A stretch of 64,000 nucleotides of DNA from Lingula anatina (lineage: Eukaryota > Animalia > Brachiopoda): contig CM120640.1 of assembly GCA_051362555.1 (NCBI GenBank), forward strand, positions 25,840,225-25,904,224. Direction: 5' to 3'. Under the pieces are notes generated by a model. The model did not search any database. It was not told the origin of the DNA and saw only the letters and a list, made by a program, of their open reading frames with translations. The number at the start of each line of letters is the position of its first letter. The first letter of the stretch is position 1. Of this stretch, positions 10,301 through 20,296 are shown piece by piece. The translations under genes and the position numbers were made by a program.

Positions 10301-13086
10301 GAATTTTTCTTTGAGTTGCTAGTGATTCATAACTAAATGGGGCCAGTCTGTGTACTAATGGTTTGGAATGATTATTTTTGCTGAGAAACAGTGCAAAATT
10401 TATTGGTTTATGATAGTTGATTTTTGGTGATTGTATATTTTTGGATAACTGAAAATTTGATAATCTCTCATAAAGACAGCAAGGAGTATATAACCATGTC
10501 ATGAATTTGTCCTTGCAGAAATAACAAAAAATGCAAAGATACAGCCCCTTTTCAATCCTCAAGAACTTCAGAATCTAAGAATGCAAAGAAGCTTTTTGGA
10601 AAATGGTGACATTCTGCAAAATGAGCAAAGAGACCTAGTACAGTTTCTGCACAATTCTCATGGACAGCTAAGAAGGCAACAACAGCAGCCTGATGTTCAA
10701 AAGAGCCACTCAAACCAGGACAAGAAACATCAACCAAGAAAAGGAAAGTTTGATGGAAAGGGACAGTCAAAGTCCTTGGAGAAAGGGCAGTCCAAGTCTC
10801 AGGAGAAAGAGCAGTCTGAGCCACAAGAGAAAGGGCAATCAAACCCACAGATAAAAGGGCAGTTTAAGCCACAAGAGAAAGGTCAGTCTAAGCCACAGGA
10901 TAAAGACAATCAGAGTAAGAATTGCAAACAACAAGAACAACAGCAGAAAAATGTCAAGAGTCCTCCAAGATCTGGTAAAAAGGATGGAAGGAAAGCACCA
11001 CAGCAAGAGCACATGAAAGGTGTCCAGCATTCAGGGAGGCCTTCACAGCAAGAAGATGAAGAATGGGATTCAGCAGTTGATAACGGCAGATCGACACCAG
11101 CATTATCTCCCATGGAGTCAGTTCCAGCTCATGAGGCTTATGGATCCCCTGTTCCTGCTGCCATGCCAGTCAGTCTGAAAGAGGAGAGAGAGATCTTTAA
11201 ACATGTTGCTGCCTATCTTGGGAACACAGATCAGTTACCTGAGACTATAGAAATATTTATCACACACACAGTAGACAAAAAATACTTCTATGGGTTTATC
11301 ACTAATATACAAGTAAGTGTAATGAAATTGATCTCTTATTTTATCCATTAAAGATAAAACTCTTACTTTATTAGCATTGAAAATTAACGTGAATACTGTA
11401 TGTGACTTTCATCCTCTTTTACAGTATATACTACCTATTACTTCCTTTAACTATGATAGGTCTTGTTAAAAAGATAAAAGAACGCCTGATATCTAATTGC
11501 TTCACGAAATTCGAACTGAATCAACAAAATTATTTGTTCTTTTCATCTGATAAGCATAGGTTAACTTTTCTCAAAATTCCAGTTAAAATGTGCTGAACAG
11601 CTGCATGAAATGAACAGAGCTATTAAAGGTATTCAAAACAAAGTACCTGTTACCAGCAGTTGTAAGGAGGTTGGTGTGTGCATTGATGAGGAGTGGTACA
11701 GGTGAGTGGTATTTGAAAAGTCACTCTCCTTGGTCTGAGTCACAGTTTTGTCTTGTTTTCATTAAAATGAGTATTTGTTCCACTACTCACTCATTACATC
11801 CAATTAAGAAAACCGCTTAAAAGGAATTTGTTGATTGAAGGTACTATACAGTCTTAGCAAGTACATTTTAAATGTTTTGGATTAAATATCATGTGTTTTA
11901 ACCATGGTAGCAGTAGTGCACACCATTGTTCTTTGGTCTCAGCAGGGTCTCCTCCTTATGTTGTCAGTTTCAGTTAGGTGTTTTTCCTAATAAGTTATAT
12001 ATAGGTTACAAAAACCTAATTATAAAACAAGAATGTACTTTGGCATAAAAACATCCAGCTCCGTAGCGAAGGAGGGGAGAGGGGTTCAGGGAGTTTGAAT
12101 GAACTGTCCTTTTTGATGGGAAATGTCCGGAAATGTTTGGAAAAAGACCTCCTTCCTCCCATTTGAAATTGCTGGCTAGAGGACTGAGATCTAATCTGGT
12201 GATTGAACAATATGCACTAAGTCCCTTAATTTGTCAACCATAGCAATAACATAATAGTTAATAATAGTATTCACAAAGTATTAAGACAACTATCATGAAT
12301 TTGAATTATTTTTATTTGAACATTTGTTCTAGGGCATGGGTAGTTCGTAATGATGGCCCTAACCTGATTGTATTCTGCTGTGACTATGGATTCTCCCACT
12401 CTGTCCTTGTAAACCAAACCTGCCAGGTACCTGATGAACTGTGGGAGGAACCAGCTGCTTTGGCAAGGGCATTTACATGGGGTAAAATCTCTATCAAATT
12501 GGTGTCTTTAACTGATTTTGGAAAAATATATTAACCTTGCCAGACTTCAATTCTCATTTCATTTTATTCATGTCTAAATTGCTTTATTATGAAAATTTTT
12601 CACATATATTTTCAGAATATTTCATAACAGTCAGTTAAAAAGAATATATTACAAATATATTGTCTTATTGTAATGATATGTTTTGCAGGCAGTGGCATAG
12701 CCCCAGTGAGTGGAAGTAAAGTGGAGGCAGAGGTGCTAAGGATTGAAGTAAGTTGCTATTTGCCATATTGTCTAGAAATTCAATGCAAAATATTATAAGA
12801 CATTATAGTCCAAAAAACACTATGAAGTTTAGCATGGGATGTGTTTGTTTGATTAAATTTGGTCCTATTTTATGAGTGAATATTACTTATCTGAGTCCTA
12901 ATTTTTTCTCTTAACTTTTCAAAAACCTGATTAAAATCATTTAGAGTTCAGCTGCAACAACAAAAAATTATCACTGTAAAGTATTAGAGTGATTATTTCT
13001 GGCATTTTTTTGTCCTTTTTTTCACTCAATGCAGTTTTCATCTTTCTTTTTAGGAGGGCGTACCAGTGGTGTCCTTATGGGAATAA
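4352..13086 (+). CDS. LOTUS (OST-HTH) + 3xRRM + extended Tudor domain protein (TDRD-like), 15 coding exons, ~918 aa
   Basis: Phase-consistent GT-AG exons: 4352-4539, 5226-5347, 5711-5882, 6291-6898, 7138-7181, 7300-7385, 7819-7952, 8165-8220, 9046-9110, 9931-10058, 10519-11312, 11583-11701, 12333-12481, 12689-12747, 13054-13086 (2757 nt). LOTUS: KKEVRAVLLSKVKGVPLCHFTTDYKTFVGHALNWKALEFNRLTDFLQAMPDVV. RRM1: KEVESKFKSIGEVKDINF..LIFVRYARRADAVKAL. RRM2: TILSNISYKASKENIEALF..RFAFATFFTEPEAQRAIKDINDRTFIDRRVKL. RRM3: IVVANLPESCTEGDLLSLLRSFG..YAIVTVPNAQAAASAIHSLNGTEFKGKILHLDFA. Tudor: IEIFITHTVDKKYFYG..IDEEWYRAWV..VFCCDYG..PDELWEEPAALA. Confidence 0.88.
4753..4968. mobile_element. Short non-autonomous element with inverted repeats (Crypton-like termini), copy B
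   Basis: TAAGACCCC-ATTCCCAGAGATT...TAGATCGATCTAAAATCTATGGGAAT-ACACC. Same family as 1624-1850, with the core inverted. It is intronic in the LOTUS gene. Confidence 0.8.
10758..10904 (+). repeat. Coding 24-bp tandem repeat (6 x 8 aa, KGQSKPQE-like)
   Basis: KGQSKSLE KGQSKSQE KEQSEPQE KGQSNPQI KGQFKPQE KGQSKPQD within exon 10519-11312. Confidence 0.9.
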
Positions 13087-13299
13087 ATGTTAACAGTTTG
13101 CTTTCATGGTGTGTGCTAGCCAGATGTATAAGATACAGATTTGCAGCAAGTAGGAGCTTTAACGGCTTCTTTTAGGTTTTTATCTTTGGAATGAAATTTG
13201 CTGAAAAATAGGTGGGAATTTAAAAACGTGACACTTAAGTTACAAACATAGTTAATGAACCTAGTTAATAATACATTTAGGTAGACTTTCCTTTAACTA

Positions 13300-13511
13300 G
13301 AATAAATAGTGTCACAGACAACGCTTTTTACCGTCAAATTTTCAGCTCTACTCAAGAGCCTTCCTCAGGACAAACTGGTCATGCCCTGATGATCTTGCGC
13401 TGAGAAGTATTCGATGACTAGTTTTTAATTTGACGGTAAAAAGCGTTGTCTGTGACACTATTAATTCTAAAAATTCATGGATAATTACCAGACTAATGAA
13501 CTTTTTTAAGA
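13300..13511. mobile_element. Short Penelope-like retroelement insertion with inverted arm, 15-bp TSD and minimal hammerhead-like motif
   Basis: Direct repeat ACTTTCCTTTAACTA at 13285-13299 and 13512-13526. A 43-bp inverted repeat (1 mismatch) spans 13298-13340 and 13427-13469. The minus strand reads TTGTC-CTGAGGA-AG-GCTC-TTGAGTA-GAGC-T-GAAA-ATTT-GACGG. Confidence 0.72.
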
Positions 13512-13958
13512 ACTTTCCTTTAACTACATTGACATACAGGCCTGTAGCCAGGGGGTGACTTTTTCAGAAAAAGTGGACACTTTTACCCTCGTAGTTGACC
13601 CAACTTCAAAAATGGTATAGAGCAGGCCTGAATGAAATTAATGGAAGGAAGCAATTCTTTTTTATCAATATTCTGGAAGAGAAAGTAGTTGGATGATTTC
13701 AAAATAAGAACTACAACAAAGATCTGAGTAGCAATTAAAAAAAAAGAACATTTTTGAAATTTACATATAAGAATGTTTGCAATATGTATAGTTTATTTTC
13801 TTCTAGTTAGCCCTACACTTTTAACAAAGATTCCAACTTGGACCTCTACCCATTTTCAGGGTCAACTGAAGAAATTATTGTTTAAAAGCTTTTCCCACTA
13901 CTTTCACAAGCCATTTCTTCACTCACAGCTATGTATTTTATAATGGTCAGTCACATTT

Positions 13959-14243
13959 CAGGCCTACACAACTACCAGACCCGGCACATAAGGATCCTGA
14001 ATTAACCGGTAAACCAGACCACACTCCCCGTTTTCAAGGTGTGTGTCAAATCGCATTTCGGAGTATCAGTCAGAACACCGACAGGATGAGCCCGCGGTCG
14101 TCCTACAAAATTTGTTCTGGGGTATGACACTCGGAAATGCAATCTGACACACTCCTTGAAAACGGGTAGTGTGGTCCGAAATACCCGTTAATTCAGGATC
14201 CTTACCCCCGGTATGTGCCCAGTCTGGTAGTTGGGTAGGCCTG
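13959..14243. mobile_element. Foldback MITE, CAGGCCTAC...GTAGGCCTG termini, 5-bp TSD (CATTT)
   Basis: Imperfect inverted arms of ~120 bp (e.g. AAGGATCCTGAATTAAC / GTTAATTCAGGATCCTT; CCGTTTTCAAGG / CCTTGAAAACGG). CATTT lies at 13954-13958 and 14244-14248. Confidence 0.85.
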
Positions 14244-14827
14244 CATTTTGGCTCCATCAGAACTGCCCTGCTTTTGTTGTTTCTGTTCATAGCTGTTTGT
14301 GAATAGTGTTATGTTGTTCCACTTTCAAACACATAACAGGTTGGTAGTACATACCAGTACTTTTAATGTGCCTCTGCAAAAGTATTAAGTATTATTATTA
14401 TTATGAAAGCAACTGCTACGTAAAAGAATTGCAGAGCCACACTCCGTTGGCCACAATTATGTTTTGCATAAAATGGAATATTTTCCATCCTTTTGAATTG
14501 AATGTTGACTTGACATTCAATATTATGTTTTTGTAAAACAACAAAAAGACTTGATCTGCCATTTCAGCAGGAATGCTGTAAAAGATCAAACTAGTTTTCT
14601 GAATAATCCATTGGCATTTGATAATCTAATGGTCTCATATGTTCTTGTTGATGAAGATTGGATCTTTCAAATTCATATAAATAGGCTGACATAAACACCA
14701 ATATGTCAACATGGGGGTTACTGTTGTCTTATTATAGACATCAAATATGGTATTGAAGTCATGGTGTGAAGTATTGCATGGGTAGTGGACTGGATTTCTG
14801 CAGGTTTCTTCATGGTGGCCAGTGTTG

Positions 14828-15372
14828 CCCCTATTTCACACAGACCACAAATTGCCAGGAATTGACAAATTTCAGGATTCATTAGGATTCGTGAGATTTT
14901 GCAAATTTTCTGGCCTTATTCGATACGCTCTATGATTTAGTTACGAGGGGGGGGGGGGGTTGCTTCTCTAGGTGGGGAGCCTGCTGTAAAATCTTCCCTG
15001 ATTCGCTTGCTTGCCTTACCTCTCTCCTTGCCCTTTCCTGCAGGTTTTCTTGGCATCTTGCTAATTCATGGATTTCGTGACACAGTCGTCAGCAGCTAAT
15101 GACCTGAAATTAATGTTAAACTCCTTATATACCCAACTGTCTGGCAATCGTAGCTGATTCATGATAGGTTCGGGAGATACGTAGCGGATTTGTGGCCAAT
15201 TCATATGCTATCGTGAATTCATAGATAGTTCTTACTTGCTTCGTACATGCTTTGGCGAATATTCGTGACTGATTCGTAGCCGATTCATGGTCAATCCAGG
15301 GATTCACGAATCCCCGAATGAGTTAAGACTACATACGGGTACAGGATCCTGTTTGCTAGTGTGTCACATACT
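14828..15372. mobile_element. Degraded non-autonomous DNA element (Harbinger-like)
   Basis: CpG-rich block with recurring GATTCGTG/GATTCATG/CACGAAT words, starting CCCCTATTTCACAC, which resembles the terminus at 48999. The right boundary is uncertain. Confidence 0.45.
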
Positions 15373-15509
15373 GTCTGTAATTGAAATGAGGCTCACTGGG
15401 TAGGCTATTGCTTTACATTCAGTTCTTCTTGACCAGTTCAATCAGATAGGACAGAATTCCCTAGTGATGTGATAGGGAGCATTCAGATTAACCCAACATA
15501 CCAACTCTG

Positions 15510-15685
15510 GGGGGATTCTTGCTGAAGTGCATTCATTGTAAGCAGCTTAATTGTCTGACACACCTCTACCATCAAGGGCGTAATTGACTATCATGTCTGC
15601 CAACTCTCAGAAGCTTTTCACTCAAGGAGGCATGTCAGACAATTAAGCTGATTACACTGAATGCACTTAGCGAGACTCACCCACG
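15510..15685. repeat. Palindromic (hairpin) element, possibly distantly related to the 1624/4753 family
   Basis: GCTGAAGTGCATTCATTGTAAGCAGCTTAATTGTCTGACA pairs with TGTCAGACAATTAAGCTGATTACACTGAATGCACTTAGC. The internal AAGGGCGTAATTGACTAT resembles AAGGGGGTAATTAACTAT of copy A. Confidence 0.7.
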
Positions 15686-16441
15686 GATCCAGCTAGTACA
15701 ATGGGTTTAGCATAATAGGGTCATTTATATACGTAATAACATTATTTTCAGTGATCTTTAATTTTCAATTTTATGATACATGAATTGGCAGTCACTAAGC
15801 ATTATACAGTTAAATAGTTGCTTAGTAATTGTCATGATTTTTTCTGTTTTATTGACCGTTCTATATTTTTCAATTTGAAAATACATTTTATATGTATTTT
15901 TTCAAACATAGCAATGTTCTTAAATGAACAAGTTCATATTTCTGCGGCTGCCTTCCTGTTTTACCAATAATTTTACCACAGGGCACCAAGCTGTGTTTTC
16001 TGTATTGCTCTCCCCTTTCCCCCATTCCCCATTTCTCTATATATTAAATGATTACTACGAATTTTACATATTTTGTAAGTGGTACAGAATTATGATGATG
16101 ATGAAGAAATATTTTGGGGTGTTGTTTGTATTTTTTCCAGTTTTTCAAATTGGGAATAAGGATTTGTATAAGTTTTTAATTTATCGCAATTGTTCTCAGT
16201 TTAGTTTTGAACGGAAGTCCTTGTTCATCTATCTAGTGGGACTGATTCAGTATCATGGTGTAATGTTGAACATAATAGTTCTGGGTAATAAGTTTTTTTT
16301 ACTCTGGATGGTATCAGTGGAAGTTTTATTTTAATTCCACCAATTAATGTGACAGCAGACACTACATGTAGTTTGCATGTATTAATTTTCCTATATCTAG
16401 ACTGGAGATGTTTGTGTTGTATTCTAGTGGATATTATGATT

Positions 16442-16573
16442 CAGGGCCGTAGCCTGAGCAAAATGCCAGGGGGGGCAGTAAGCGGACACGAGGGGGCGAA
16501 GCCCCCGAGGGGGGAGGGGGTGTCCCCCTACCAGTGTGGAAAATTCTAAACCCCCCCGGAAGCTACGGCCCTG
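16442..16573. mobile_element. GC-rich hAT-like MITE with 12-bp TIR and 5-bp TSD (TGATT)
   Basis: CAGGGCCGTAGC...GCTACGGCCCTG is a perfect TIR, with TGATT on both sides (16437-16441, 16574-16578). Confidence 0.88.
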
Positions 16574-19500
16574 TGATTCAGACAGTTTGATCTACTCCTT
16601 AGGAAGCAGTAACTCTACATTGTCTCTTCCATCATAATAGATATAAATATACTGGACTTTGACAAATTTAATATTAAACATATTGTTACCAGCCATCTGA
16701 AAAGTCTTACGCAAGCAGACTTGATCGAAGAACTGATGATTTAAAAAGATCATTGGTTATTCCTCAAACTCTCTCTTGTCCTCACAAATCCCTGAATGCA
16801 ATTATACTCATTTTCAGAATGTTTGAATTTTCATTTTTGTCTCTTTCATTTCAAATGTTCTGATTAGAAGTTTTTTTTTTTTTTTTTCATACTTCAGTGT
16901 CTATAAAGGCAAAGAAGCAAATTCAGCTAACTTCTGATCTAAATTACAGCTGTGCTACCACAGATTTTTGGGATAACACAGTCTGGATCTAGAATATCAT
17001 CAGTTTTGATCTTAGGGTGATATGCATGGTAGGAAGCTTTGACGTCTATGCTATGCATTTTCTTCTACATTTGTCTTAAGATTGAATATTGGTTTTATTG
17101 CTAAAAGTAAGATCCAAAACATTGTTGGATCATTGTTCCAAGATCCAGTGTTCTCCTGGGTCTTGGTCTATATCAGTCTTTTTTTCCACTTCTTCTGTTT
17201 TTTGTCTCTTTCTTATCTTTCTGCATATTCTATTGCTATTGTAGCACGTTTCCCTTGTTTAGTAAAAACATCGCTGTTTTTGATCTTAGTTAGCACTAAG
17301 GTGCAGTCAACTACAACTACAGGCAAACTCACAAAATGATGTCCAAAAGAAATGCATCATGTTGGTTATCCATAACTGCTACAATCAAAAAAGTAATGTT
17401 CCAGTTCTCATTGCTACATGTAAGTAATGCTATAGCCAAGTATGCTCACTGAGCATGCATACTCTTGTTCTATCTCAGATGAGCCTCTTGTGGGCCATTA
17501 AAAGAGAGACCCTCTTGCATGTCTAACTTTTCCTTCCATTTCTTTGTTTTTGTTGTGGTTACTGTAAAATTAATTTCTACTACCACCTGTTCTATAAGCG
17601 TTTGCCTACTCTTGGTATGCGAAAAGCTGTACAAAGAGAGGAATTTTGTGCCCATTATCACAATGTTATGATATTTGAAATCCTAATACTTGACTGCATG
17701 GTTTATTTAAATTTTCATTTTGCCTCTGCTGTCTGTCAAATTCCTTTGCGGCACTTTGTTAATAATATTTCCAATATTTAATATGTCATTAAATTATCAA
17801 AAAAATGATTAAATCTTGTAAGATTTTTTTAATTTCAAATTTCTTCTCTGTTCACGTTCAAGATTAACTGTTGCCATTATAATACATCTTTAAATTTCTT
17901 CCATAAGCCTAATAAGTAGAAGATTGAATAAAAGTCTTAATCCCAAAGGAAATAAGTGACATTCTGTCACAAGTATAATGTGGTCCTTGCTGTAACAATT
18001 TAGTTCTAGATGAATGGAGTCTAGTTGTCTGGTAAAGCCATTCAAAAACACACACTGTTGATCAATAGTTTTTCCTTTCTCTTTTTAGCCCATCCAAATA
18101 TCTTAAGTGTCCTCTTGTGGTCTTAAATATTGTCAGCATATATCTCTTTGAATTCTGTCCAGTAAAAGTATACACTTCTGTTACCTGCAAGGTAATGATC
18201 AAACATTTTCAGCTACATTTGGTCTCGAGTTTTTTAATCACAGGAATTATTGACAAGTACTCTTTAATTTCACCATTTCCTTCTCCAAGAGATGTGCTAC
18301 TTTAGTAGATGCTCTTTTTCATAACTGATCTAGTTAAAAACCACCACTGCATATGTGAATAGATCACAGAACTACTGTAATGCAGGCAGAAAAGGAAAAT
18401 GTTATCATGTGATTCAGTTTGCTACCTTGTACATGATTCTTAGAGCTGCTCGTATTTTTTTTTTATAAGTGTACCTAATAGGCTGACTAAAGTCAGAAAA
18501 GTAATATAAAATATTCAATGTGTTGTATTTACTCGCTTTTCTGTCATCTTCAATATTTTTCCAGCAACTCTAATGCCTTAGTAAGGTTAAAGTTTAAAAT
18601 TTTGAGTAAAGCAATGCAAATTGTTGTAATTTCTATCCCTAGTCATAATGAGTGTGTTCAAACACATGAACTGTGTTATTACAGAAATGTTAAAAGCTCA
18701 AATTCTAGTGGTGTGTGAAAAGGTTCATATTGTTAAGTCACCCAACATTTCTTAAGGTGCATAGAAGAGAGTGGTCATGTGATGATTTACAATACCACCT
18801 TTTTGATAAGACATCAGTCTTAGTTCTAATGTCTTGTTAGGTTGTACTTACTGCTGGGTCTTTATAGTCCTATTCTGGAGCACCAGTTGCGTTTGCAGAT
18901 AAAAGAGTTGTATCTCATTATTACTCCCATCTCCCCTCTTATTGACAAGGGGCCCAGTATAATCCAATGCCATTATTTCTCTGAATCTTTACCATTACGT
19001 TGTGGCAAGCTTGCTGGGATGGAGATACTTCTCTGCTCTTTTTCTTCCTGTCTTTATCACTCTTCAATTGTGTAATGCAGCAAGCAGTTGACACTCACTT
19101 GCATCATGCATTCACAAGAAGTAGAAAAAAAATTGTAGGTTTTTTTTTTTACTTTATGTAATAGAACATATTCCAAAAAGGTACTTATGTTTTATCTAGG
19201 ACCCAACATAACAAGCTTGTTATGTTGTGTCCTACCTGGTAGGTACTAGGTTAGATTTTAAAGGATGGTAATGAGGATGCTTCTTAAATGGAGAAGTTCC
19301 TTTACATATATGTTCAATTTTGTAGACAGAATTCCCTCTTAGATTGTTTCATTTATTATTGTATTTCACATACAGGCTTGCCTGTATTTTCAAACGCTTT
19401 GGTGCGTTCATCCTATTGTTTGAAGCGCCAGTCTAGTCTGGTCTACTCGTTGTCCACAGTATGCGACATACAAGAACAAATTATCTCTTGGCTTCCCCTC

Positions 19501-20296
19501 AATATAGTTACGCTCTTGTATGTTGCATACAGTGTACGACTTGTGGTGTAACTAGTACTTGAAGACAAGTTGGTCTTTTTCTTGCTGTTAGGTGTTTAGT
19601 TTTCTTAAGTTGGTGTACTGGTTCACTAAAAAGCTTATTTTATGTAGTGCTTGTTCAGATTATTTGCAGTTATTCCAATAAAGAGTTTTCTGAAATTCTA
19701 AATAGTTGTTGTATTTATCAGCACCCCTTTCCTTTTTTAAATAAAATTGACTCAAAAACAAACAACTGACAATACAATATACAGGCTTTTTAAAACCTCT
19801 GACTGCTAAGTCAACTTAATTATTTTGCTCAAGTGGCTTTTATTAATCTTTCTTAGAATCTAAGCAATACCTGAACATACAAAGATTATATTTTTATAAC
19901 ATGTATGTGCTTGTTGTCCTTCACTTTGTTCAGCAAACTCGACTGACATAAAATCAATGAGTTACACAAAGCAATATATAACAAACCAGAACATAATGTT
20001 TACACAAAGTTAATGAACATCTATGAGAAACAACTTAAGTTAAATGATGAAAACATGATGTCTGGTTATTATATGGTATTAGCCACATTCTATTTACCAT
20101 AAACTGTACAAAAAGAAATGCTGCCTGTAAAGGTATTCTTTGGCACAAAAGAAGTAAATGGGATAATACAACTTAGTCTTGAGAAGTCCCTTAATACCTC
20201 AGAATTTAAGATTGGTCTTAAGCAAAAACATAAGAGTCCCTAATGGAAGATATCTTGGCATTATAGCTAAGCCAACAACTATATACAAAGTGTATG

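Noticed and set aside
15924-16334. 136-aa hydrophobic ORF
   Set aside because: The F/L/I-rich composition is expected from T-rich non-coding DNA. No family motif or splice context.
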